A stretch of 36,169 nt of DNA from positions 1-36,169 of the forward strand of contig JYFJ02003944.1 in NCBI GenBank assembly GCA_000934665.2. The letters run 5' to 3'. The DNA is from Catajapyx aquilonaris (lineage: Eukaryota). Below, one piece after another: positions 23,301-32,306 of this stretch. A program made the position numbers and the translations under genes. The stretch's first letter is position 1. The number at the start of each line of letters is the position of its first letter. The notes under the pieces were generated by a model. The model did no database searches, had not been told where the DNA came from, and worked only from the letters and a program-made list of their open reading frames with translations.

Positions 23301-26300
23301 GGGTTCGCTAACAAGACGACTTCGGGGGAGGGTAAGTCTGTTGACGACGATACAGTGCAAGAGCGGCTGTCGAGTACCAAAGAGTAGAGTAGTTGAGAGT
23401 AGCTCAAGAGTACCGAAAATCAGAGGGCCCAGTGCAGTCCGCGTGACACCTACAACGCAGATGAAACGGAGCTGACACCTCACAATACTTTGGCTTTCAA
23501 AGGCGAAAAAATGGTATGGCGGAAAGCATAGTAAGGCAAGTCATTTAATTCTCTCTCTCTCTCTCCTGTTGGAGGCACGCGGGATTGTGCCTGGCCCCCT
23601 GCAGATGATTCCGATGAAGATGATGATTTGGACACCAGTGACATTAACCTGGGTATTAGTTACACTTTGGAAGACGAAGATGTGGCGATGGCGGGAGTTG
23701 ATTTTGACGACGCATTATTAACAATTTGGTTCCCTTCAATTTCCGTTATATACATTCGACCGTATGTTGTTCAGCACGCTTAACAGAACATTTCCTCCCA
23801 TTTTCATATTTACGTTATTTTTTACCGGGTCAAACCATAAAATGCCTGGGCCATATGGTTTTTTTGTCGTAATTTCCACATTATGTGACTCTTGGTGACT
23901 TGTGCAACTCTTGGGATCACTGCCAAAATGTAGTTATTCATTGTTGTTTTTTTTCCCAATTGCAGTACAATCCCCCTGATATGGGCACGTCCAATCCCAA
24001 AAAATCGTCTTCCGTAAGCGTAAAAGCCAAGGAGAAGAAACGGAAGAGGAAGAGCGAAAGTCGAGAGGAGAGAACGGAGGAAAGGGCGGAGGAGAAAGCG
24101 GATGAGAAGGTGAAGGAGAAAGCGGAGGAACGGAGGGAAGAGAGAGAGGAGGAGGAGGCGGCGCAGGCACCCCCAGCTGCTGCGGTAGTGGCGCCAGCAC
24201 CATCAGAAGTGACTGAAAGAACGAGTAATGAGGACGAGGAGGAGAAGGAGGAGAAGGAAGAAGAAGTGTTGAGTCCACTGAAGGCAGACGAGATCAAGAA
24301 GGAGGTGGAGGAGGAGGAAGGAGACGCAGCGGATCCGGTGATGCCGGACGGGACTGAGCTAAAGTCTGTGAAAGTGGTAGTGGAGCGTTTGGCGGTGGAC
24401 AGGGAAGAGGAGAAGGGAGACGCCTCGGGAGAAGCGGAAGAAGAAGACGGGGAGGAAGGAGAAAGGGATGAGACTGAGAAGGACCTGCGGGAAGAAGAGA
24501 AGAAGGCAGTGGAGGGAGGTGCGGAAGAGGAAGAAGAAGAAAAGGAGGAGGAGAAGATGGACACTAGTGAAAGTTCAAAGGAGGATGAAGCGGAACAATC
24601 AAAGTGCGAAGGGGCGGAGGAAAACAAGGAGGAGAAGCAGGCATCGGTCGAAGGGGAAAAGGAAGTCCCGAAGGAAGGGAAGGGAGAGGAGGAGGAGAAG
24701 AGTGCGGCGAAGGAAGCGGCGCCGGCGGCGGCAGGAGAGGAGGAGAAGGAGAAGGAGGAGGAGCTGCTCTCGGGGCTGCAGCTCGACCCAAGCATCACAG
24801 TCACGCTAGTTAAAGGTGGGTTGCACGGGATTACGTTTGAAAGTTGACGCCAATGTGGCTCATCTTGTAATAGCCGGTTTCATGGCGGTTGTGTGTGTCT
24901 GCCATTTCAGGTGGTGCCGCAGGAGTCACCACACCTTCCAGTAGAACTGCTGCTTCATCGCCATCGTCGTCCTCATCATCGACGTCCTCAACGTCGTCGT
25001 CGTCTTCGTCGACCACATCATCATCATCAGCCTCTCCGTCCGTTACGCAGCAACGCCCGGTCCCGGTGGTTGCGCCCAAGACGCTCCAACTCAGTTCCGA
25101 CATCACGCTCACACTAGTGGAAGGCGGCACCGTGGGTCGTGCGTCAATCAAGCGCCGGAGAACGTCACCACCTGACCCTGCTCCCACCCCGACCCCGACC
25201 CAAGTACCCAGTGCAACCCCGAACCCGGGGACTCCCCCGCCTATACCAAAGGAACAGACTATGGTGGTGAGCCTGGATCCGCAGGACATTATCGCCGGTG
25301 CTCTCGACACAGACGAGGACGAGTCGCCCGGGGGGCCGACCCAAGGCCCGGTTCTTCCGAGAGCGAGGAAGAGCTTGCCGAGGGCTCCCCAGCCGCCCGT
25401 TCCAGGAACCAAGCCGATGGTGGTCATCCCTGCCTACACGGCCCTTCCTCTGAGGCCACCGCAGCAGCAGGTCAGGGCACCAGTGAGGCCGCCCATGCCA
25501 GGCCAAGGACCAGCCCAGGGCCCACCTCGCTTACCCCAGCTGCAGCCACGGCCCCCTCCTTTAGGCCTGGCCCACGCTGGACGACCCCCGGCGCCATCCG
25601 AGGCTGGGCCAGCTTCCGCACAGCTCAACAAGTACTCCCAGAAGGTACTTTCCCGCAAACGTTCCTTTAGGCCGAGATGTAACGTGTCCATTTCAGTTGG
25701 CCGACTTCATGCGATCTTCCCTGGAGGAGATGTTCCGGGAGCTGTCCGCTTCTGGTAGCCCCGAGGCGACTGCCAAGGCCCTTCAGCTGGAGCTGGAGCG
25801 CATGCAGTGGCGCCACCACCAGGAGATGGCGGAGCTGAAGCACAACGCGGACCTGGTCCTGATGGAGCTGCGGGGCAGCATGGAGGCGGAGAAGCAGAGG
25901 GCCATGCAGGAGCTGCGGAGGCAGTGCGAGGCGGAGAAGCAGAGGGCGGTCCAGGAGGCCAAGAGGAAGCAGTGGTGCGCCCACTGCGGAAACGAGGCCC
26001 TCTTCTACTGCTGCTGGAACACCTCCTACTGCGACTACCCTTGCCAGGTGGGTTCAGGTTCGCTTCGAGTAATCGCAGGCTTGTAATACCGGATCACCAT
26101 TGCAGCAAGCGCACTGGCCCCAGCATATGTCTTCGTGTGCGCAGCAGGCAGGGCCGGAGGACGCGGACAAGGACGGAGGGGCAGGCGGCGGGAAGGGCGG
26201 GAGAGGGGGAGGAGACGCCGCGGGAGGTCCCCAGGCGAAGAGGGGCACCCCGCCCATCGGCCAGCCCGGCGTCCCCATGCAGATGCTGCCAGGACAGGTA

Positions 26301-27696
26301 CCCAGACACGCCCTTCATTATCACAACCGCCCCTCTGCTGCCCAGGGTCACCAAAACCACCACCCGCCACCCCCTACTAATTTCCACCACCTACAGCACC
26401 ACCCAGGCGCCGTAAGGAGGTTGACCCCTCGGTGATCACTTATTATACGGAGAAACATTTTAAACCGGAAACCCAAGTAATTTATATGCGCCTTCATTCA
26501 CTCACTATTCCCGCCTTCCTTTTTTTATTATAGTTTCCATCATGTTAATCAAGGTGGCCCTCCCCTCTCTTTTTGTCCTTTTTTTTATACCTCCATTCGA
26601 TTTTTTTAACAAAAATAGTTAATAATTATTACTCTTATTTTGTACTGTGGGCCAACCAAATAAAAGTTATTTGTAGCTTTTTTTTACTTTCGTACCATCT
26701 TTTTTTTACGCCTCATTTTTATTTTTTGTTACCTTTTTTTTTGGGGTTCGCGCTTGAAATGGATTGCGACTAGCCGAATAACCAATTGAACTGTCGCAAG
26801 AATAATAATGGGTCAGATGTTCGCAATCCGTTTCAAAGCCTATAGATATCAGTTTGGCTGCAAATGTCTGTGTCCGTTAACGTTGATACAGGGTGTGCTT
26901 TCACTTTGTAGAACTTGTTCAGCTTCGAGTGTCAATCAGCCACTGTGGGAGACATTTGAATTGGCCGGAAGAAATAATTTGATTGACCCACTTGGGGCAT
27001 GCGGTTTAATTTTTTTTTTCTCTCTCCCAAGTTTCTGGGGGAAATGTTAGTGACAAACCTGTCCCCTTTTGTGATAATGTCGTAGTAGTTTTGATGTTAA
27101 CAATAATCGTAGACCAGTTTGGTTGAATGCTGAACTCCCCAAGTAACACATGTTGTCCTCACGGTAACAAGTGGCTTCAGGTGGTCTCTCTAACCCGGTC
27201 ACTTGGGGTCGTATCGCATTATCCTGTGACGAAAACCCGCAGATCATCATATGATGTCCGTAGGCCTCAAGCCAGGATATTTTTAAGCCTCGAATTTGAG
27301 AGACACTTGAAGCCAATTTTTTTGGATAAGGGTGGCAAAGAGCCGTAGGCCGTCCCCTTACCGCTCTCCCCCAACACCAAATTGGTCCGTCCATAGAACC
27401 CGGGCGGCCGAAGCAACACGGGAGCAGCCAACAGCACCTCGGCCATGGACGCGCTGTCCCGCCTGGCAGCCTCCATGCCGTCCCTGGCCAGCCCGCAGCA
27501 ACAGCCGCAGCAGCAGCCCAGGATGGCGATGGTGGCCACCCAGCAGCAACAGCAGCACATGCACCGCTCCATGCAGCAGCAACAGCAGAGGATGAGGACG
27601 CCAGGGCCCATGATGCATTTCGTGCCCAGAGGGATGCAGCCGCCTCCGCCACACTTTTTCATCAGGCCGTGCGCACCCTTCGACGGTATGGGCTAA
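14088..27696 (+). CDS. ZMYND8: ZMYND8/PRKCBP1/RACK7-like chromatin reader (PHD, bromodomain, PWWP, acidic and Pro-rich linker, coiled coil, MYND finger), ~1335 aa
   Basis: Exons 14088-14555, 15898-16157 ([25 protein letters not shown]), 18164-18248, 18376-18690 (bromodomain, [22 protein letters not shown]), 19870-19991 ([19 protein letters not shown]), 20579-20795, 23966-24815, 24911-25644, 25697-26047 ([29 protein letters not shown]), 26106-26411 ([11 protein letters not shown]), 27397-27696. All phases join in frame; intron 19992-20578 is GC-AG. Terminal exon boundaries are less certain than the domain exons. Confidence 0.92.
15027..15173 (+). CDS. Candidate in-frame cassette exon of the ZMYND8-like gene (49 aa, [10 protein letters not shown]...PESRLP)
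   Basis: Acceptor gttgtag| at 15026 and strong donor |gtaagt at 15174; 147 nt with no stop; phase 0-0, matching the flanking exons 14555 and 15898. No homology support that I can recognise. Confidence 0.45.
17275..17325. repeat. (GA)n microsatellite within a purine-rich tract
   Basis: gagagagaga runs seen directly. Confidence 0.85.
17822..17948. mobile_element. PIF/Harbinger-like palindromic MITE with TTA target-site duplication, in a ZMYND8 intron
   Basis: tta|tgaccggtttcaccaagcccggtttccataaaaaccccggttctttcagaaaatccct ... agggattttctgaaagaaccggggtttttatgaaaaccgggcttggtgaaaccggcca|tta; near-perfect ~58-bp arms. Confidence 0.9.
22485..23387 (+). CDS. Tigger/CENP-B-derived DNA-binding-only ORF: two tandem copies of (CENP-B N/psq-type HTH + CENP-B/Tc5-type HTH), 300 aa
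   Basis: [21 protein letters not shown]...[11 protein letters not shown] and [12 protein letters not shown]...[33 protein letters not shown] are typical of Tigger/TIGD/CENP-B N-termini. The frame is open from 22377, with the ATG at 22485. Expression is not demonstrated. Confidence 0.75.
   Translation: MAPKRKSLSVEEKRRILKEVDSKQKKVDIAKQYNIAPSSLKIIIKDRKKFEEAADPSAKRLRTSRHPEVDEAVLLWFTDQRTRNVPVDGLGLRAKASALAATLGHRDFKASSGWLSRFQKRHGFANKTTSGEGKSVDDDTVQERLKSTEEKAPKRRSLSVEEKRRILKKVDSKQKKLDIAKEHNITPRSLSTIIKDRKKIEEAADPSANRLCAPRHPEVDEAVLLWFTDQRTRNVPVDDLHLRAKASALAAILGLRDFKASSWWLKRFKKRHGFANKTTSGEGKSVDDDTVQERLSSTKE
22488..23387 (+). repeat. Tandem 450-bp in-frame duplication (22488-22937, 22938-23387)
   Basis: Both copies start gcaccaaagagga and align without indels for 143 codons. 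Confidence 0.95.
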
Positions 27697-28678
27697 CGTC
27701 GCAGCATCGCAATCGGACTAATCAGACTGGAACGATCCTGCCAAATACGATCGGGTACGTAACGGTACCGATCATAACCGTCGTAATTGGCAGGATTGCA
27801 ACAATGCCAAGGGACATTTTGCAATTGAGACTTTATGCCTCGCAAATTTTAGTGCAATGTTTTTTTTTTTAGAGTAGCCAATGGTTGTACCCCTGTGGGA
27901 CCAACAATGTTCTTTTTTTTTTGGGTGCTCTTTTTTGCGGATAAAAATGTGTTCGATTTGTCGTTGGTCGTGGCGGTAAAAAAACAGTATTCGAACATTC
28001 GTGTCCCCAGAGGATTGTTGTCTTAACGACGCTAGTATGTAGGTGACTACTATATATAAAAAATGGATTTTCTAGGCTTCCTATTGAAATTTTTGAGGGA
28101 CTGTCTTTGATGTGATTGTTCGTAAGTGTAGATAAATTTTTTTAAATAATCGATGATTGCTACGTACCTGGATTTCTACCTTTTTTTTCGTTGTAACGTT
28201 TCATTTTAAAGTCAATCCGTAGCCGTTAACTGTTTCCCCCCCGTCTTTTTCTAATTTATTGAGTGTGTCACTGTCGTGTGTGATTGTTGTGACACCTTCT
28301 TTTTGTTTTTTCATCATCCAATGAGCATAATATTAGAGTACTTGTCCACGTTGTCACTAGCTTGGTGTCGAGTTGTTTTTTTTTTTTTTATAAACTCGGT
28401 GTGACGTGCGACCCCTTTGCCCTCTCGTGATCCTCCGCAATTTCTTCCAGTTAAAAACCGGCCATTTTTAGACGTGGTGTGTTAACATGTTATTCAATCC
28501 CCCATTTTGAAGGATTTAACTCTGCTCAAATAACAATGGTTGGACTTCCAATTTCGGGAACGGATAAGCAAACTTTTTTTTTTTGAAATGAAAGCGTCTT
28601 TTTTTTTGTAAAGTAGCTCAGTGCTAACATGTGTACTTGTGTCGTCTGTTTTTTTTTTCTACCAATTTTTCTGTTGCT

Positions 28679-28684
28679 AATAAA
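28679..28684 (+). terminator. Candidate polyadenylation signal (AATAAA) of the ZMYND8-like gene
   Basis: AATAAA at the end of a ~1-kb U-rich region downstream of the stop at 27696. Confidence 0.5.
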
Positions 28685-28812
28685 TGCTGATTTCCACTTT
28701 TGCCAAGTGCCGAGTATTTTATAGTTAGTGTTGCGCTGTACTAATTGCAGCTGGATTGCTAGGAATTATTACGTTGGGCATATGCCAAAATGAATGTATG
28801 AAGCATCATGAT

Positions 28813-30684
28813 TTATTGGTCATGCGAGTAGTTACACTCATCGCTTGAGATCGGGCAGCCTTGCGGATGCGACGTGTGGAACCAGCAGGGCTTCTTGTAC
28901 CCGGCGACCCCTTTCCTGACCTTCCTCTTCTTCCGCTTTGATTCGTTGACGTCTCCGGGGACTCTGAAGCGGACAAGGCCGCCTTCGACCACAAACACGT
29001 GGTGCTGGTTCCGCAGGACGGTCTGTACGCCTCCGCACTCGCTCCTCATCTCCTGAAGCCAGTCGGACGGAATCTTCAAAGCCACTTGGCTCAACGGAAC
29101 TTGTCCGCCGCAGTTCCAGCCAGTTTCAGGTCCAAGTTCCAGCAATAATTGCGTGGTAATCTGGATTATTCCGGACACGATATCCGGATTCAGGTTGGCC
29201 AGATTACGCGGACGCGGGACTTGATCAGATCGGACTTGAAATCCGGATACGGTTGACAGTATCTGGTTAACGGCTTGGTGGTCCGGGATTAACTCGAGGC
29301 CCACTATGCATGTCCGCTTCGTGCTTGGAATCCTCATGCGGTCCCGCTCGGTGCGGACAAACCCGATTTGACGGCTGAGTTCCTCCAGGTAGTCCAGGAA
29401 ATCCGTGTAGCAGCTCATTTGGCCCGACTTTCTGCGTGAAAACCGTCCGGATAAGCCCCACGGACAGCATGGAATTATTAGGAATTTGGACCCTTCGCTG
29501 GCGGCGGCTAGAGGTATCCACGGAGTCAGCTCGTCCGGATGGTTCCCAATGAGCCAGTCGAATCCGGACAACGAACCGAATCCCTTCGCCGGACACCAAG
29601 TGAACACCTTCAAATCGACGCCTGGAAACGCATCCCAGATTCTACGTGCTCTCACGTCGAACCCGCGTCCAACATGTCCTTCAGACGACAGCAAGTAGAC
29701 GAGTAAGCCGTTGCCGCATCCAATGTCCACAAATGTTTGCGGACTGTCCCCGCATTCTTGTTCCCATAGTACTAGAATGTACGCGGCTATTGCGATATCC
29801 TCGTGTATGAACTTGTCTGGATCTGTAGTTTCGGTCCACATGTCCCTGATTCTTGCAAAGTGCTTGGCCTTCAGTCGCGCGTATGTCCGGACGTACTTTT
29901 CAGTGTCAACCAGCTTCTGCGAGCTGTCTGTCCCGGATTCGTCGACAGTGTTGGCCCAACGGGCTATCCTTGGCAGTAGTGTCCTCCTGAGCCAGTCGGA
30001 CGCACCAGTCAGGAACCGCATGCGAACCAAACCGGGAGTGTACTGAACCGAGTAAGACACATTCGGAAGAGTACCGGACACGTCCCGATCGGCAAACGGA
30101 AGGAAGGTAACTTGCGCTTTGCACACGTCCCAGATCTCAACCTGAAACAAGTCGGCCGCGTCCAACAGCAGCTGTCCTTTGGGCAGCAGGCGTCGCATGA
30201 GCGCATGCGAGGTGTCCGGATGGCCGTCCCATTGGGGCTGTCCGTCCAGTGCTTCCTGGGCATCCTGGACAAGGGTGGTTCCAAGCATGGCCTGGACCAG
30301 TGCGTCCGGGTCAGTCGCTGCCGCCTGTGCAACGGGAGCTGATGCGCCGGACAGCCGCTTGTTGATCAGCTGTGGGCGTCCGCTCCAGATGCCCATGGCC
30401 CTCCAGAACTGGCCAATGCTGCCCACGCACTCCACACTGATGGTCATGAAGGAGAAGCAATTAGCGTGCAATAATTACACTGTAATTACACATGGAATTA
30501 ACTGAAACTGAGCCAAACCCACTCCTTCAGCTGGAGCTGCTCTGAGACTACCCCAGTGCAGTGCACACACCACCAGGCTAAACACTTCTTTAATTATTAA
30601 ATTTGTTAAAACATGATCAAACCTGTAATTGTCGCACATCTTCCCGCAATTAGCTGGATTAATGAGGCACGTGGACGCCGCCAT
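28813..30684 (-). CDS. TRMT44: tRNA (uracil-2'-O)-methyltransferase Trm44, probably 2 exons, ~561 aa
   Basis: Motifs WTETTDPDKFIHEDIAIAAY, FVDIGCGNGLLVYLL, WLIGNHPDELTPW, IIPCC, MRIPSTKR and a C-terminal CCCH finger (CWFHTSHPQGCPISSDECNYSH). Model: exon 30684-30623 (aagATGGCGGCG start, AG|GT donor, phase 2) spliced to 30436-28813 (ctaat branch site, pyrimidine tract, cag, phase 2). The alternative is an unspliced start at ATG 30447. Confidence 0.9.
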
Positions 30685-30937
30685 CTTTGATCTAGTACCG
30701 GTGCAGTTACTGCAGTTGACAAGGTTCCCACCAGATGGCTCGTGTGTTCGGCGGGATGTTCGAAAAAAAAAAGATTGAATATTATTATTAAATATTGAAT
30801 ATTAGGCAGCATAATCATGCAAATGGAAACTGGCTGTGGGAGGTAGGGTCTTTGTGTCTCATTTTGCCCAAGTTTTTGTTAATCATTGTAATTCGGTGTT
30901 TGCTATATATACGGTTTGCGCCCTTATTAGGCCTATA

Positions 30938-31498
30938 CAGGGTGTTTATTGTAACTCCGCAAAGACTTTCAGGGGCAATAGAGGGGACCAATACAAGTAT
31001 TTTTGACATAGGAACCCGTGTCCGGAAACGCCATCTAGAGGGGGTTCATAGACGAGGAACGGGTGCGCTCAGACGCGTCACGCGGGAGGCGCTAGGTGAG
31101 CGGACTGTTTGTTGATAGATGGCGCTCGGATATTAAACACCAATGCGATGTGCCATAACCTGGCAACAACAGAGCCATCTAGCAACTAAAGTCCGCCTAC
31201 TAGGAGACGCGCGGATAGTCAACAGCGGTTCTGTTGTTGCCAGGTTATGGCGTATCGCGTTGTTGTTTACTTACAACGACGCGATACGCCATAACCTGGC
31301 AACACCTGCGCACCATCTATCAACAAAACAGTCCGCTCTCCTAGCGCCTCCCGCATGAAGAGTCTGAGCGCACCCGTTCCTTGTCTATGAACCCCCTCTA
31401 GATGGCGTTTCCGGACACGGGTTCCTATGTCAAAAATACTTGTATTGGTCCCCTCTATTGCCCCTGAAAGTCTTTGCAGAGTTACAATAAACACCCTG
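30938..31498. mobile_element. Tc1/mariner-type foldback MITE, 561 bp, TA target-site duplication
   Basis: ta|cagggtgtttattgtaact... and ...agttacaataaacaccctg|ta; inverted arms near-identical for ~115 bp and alignable for ~190 bp; three internal gccataacctggcaaca subrepeats in both orientations. Confidence 0.92.
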
Positions 31499-31662
31499 TA
31501 TAATAATACTTTCAATTAGCGTAATTTTCTGTAAAGTTATCCTCCATACGTCCAAAAAGAAGTAAAATTTTGTGCCTCAAATATTTGTTCTAAAAAAATG
31601 AACTTTCAGACCGTGATGACATTACCCGTGTGGTGTAAGTTGAGCCAATAAAAATACCTGTG

Positions 31663-31845
31663 ATTATTATTATTATTATTATTATACTTACTATTATTTT
31701 TATTAGTTATTATTATTTAATTATTAGTTGGTTATTTAGCTATTAGTTATTTTAGTGGTTATTAGTTATTTTAGTAGTTATTAGTTATTTAGTAGTTATT
31801 TAGTAGTTATTTTCGTTATTTAGTTATTATTGGTTATTATTTACT
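31663..31845. repeat. Low-complexity (TTA)n/(TTAG)-type simple repeat
   Basis: Run of ttattatta and ttagttatt variants. Confidence 0.9.
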
Positions 31846-32027
31846 TACCCGATCTTTCAGCTGTTCTAGTAGTAGCCTACAGCCCAGATAATTTTTATTT
31901 AATATAGAACAAGTAGGCCTATATTTTCTTGCCAATCACTATACATTAGCCCGTCTTTGCAGTGTGATTGCGCTTCTTTTTTTTTTTACCATAAGTACAT
32001 GTGTGAAAGAGCAGGAGTATATGGAAG

Positions 32028-32100
32028 TAGCGCGGTGGTGTAGTGGTTAAGACGCTCTCTTCGTAACCTGAAGTTTGAAGGATCGAATCCGGAAAAAGAC
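32028..32100 (+). pseudogene. Degenerate tRNA-like sequence (SINE head or tRNA pseudogene)
   Basis: A-box-like tggtgtagtggtta and B-box-like gatcgaatcc at tRNA spacing; stems do not pair properly. Confidence 0.55.
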
Positions 32101-32234
32101 AGACATTTGTTTCATTTTTATCGCTGTAACTCTCTCGCTGCCTTACCTTACTTCGCATTTCTACATTTATTTCTCTCTGAAGTCCATCTGGTAAATAGGC
32201 TAGACCCTTTCCAACAGACACAATTTCGTTACAC

Positions 32235-32306
32235 CAGAGCGTGGCTTTGTGGTAGCGCATCGGACTCTCGATCGAAGGGTCCTGGGATCTAATCCCGGGG
32301 CTTCTT
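32235..32306 (+). pseudogene. Degenerate tRNA-like sequence (SINE head or tRNA pseudogene)
   Basis: gtggctttgtggtagcgcat (A-box-like) and ctgggatctaatcccgg (T-arm/B-box-like hairpin). Confidence 0.5.

Larger units (their letters stand above)
21939..23762 (+). mobile_element. Degenerate, internally deleted pogo/Tigger DNA transposon in a ZMYND8 intron
   Basis: Left end cagtcgaatccctctataacg (21939); the right end reverse-complements to cggtcgaatgtatataacg (ends 23762, followed by TA). Internal Tigger-type HTH ORF, relic DDE start ([19 protein letters not shown], frameshifted YGGKHSK, ~23403-23535), acidic C-terminal relic ~23600-23720; the DDE core is missing. Confidence 0.85.

Noticed and set aside
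21939..23762. Active autonomous Tigger transposon
   Set aside because: The DDE domain is separated by stops, frameshifted and mostly deleted; the TIRs are mismatched.
23934..25427. Long Ser/Phe-rich minus-strand ORFs (e.g. 23938-24804, 24831-25427)
   Set aside because: Antisense shadows of the Glu/Lys- and Ser/Pro-rich ZMYND8 exons.
25645..26105. Apparent frameshifts between adjacent ZMYND8 ORFs
   Set aside because: Explained by short GT-AG introns of 52 nt (25645-25696) and 58 nt (26048-26105).
30475..30684. Independent 69-aa gene upstream of TRMT44
   Set aside because: Better explained as TRMT44 exon 1 reading through into its intron.
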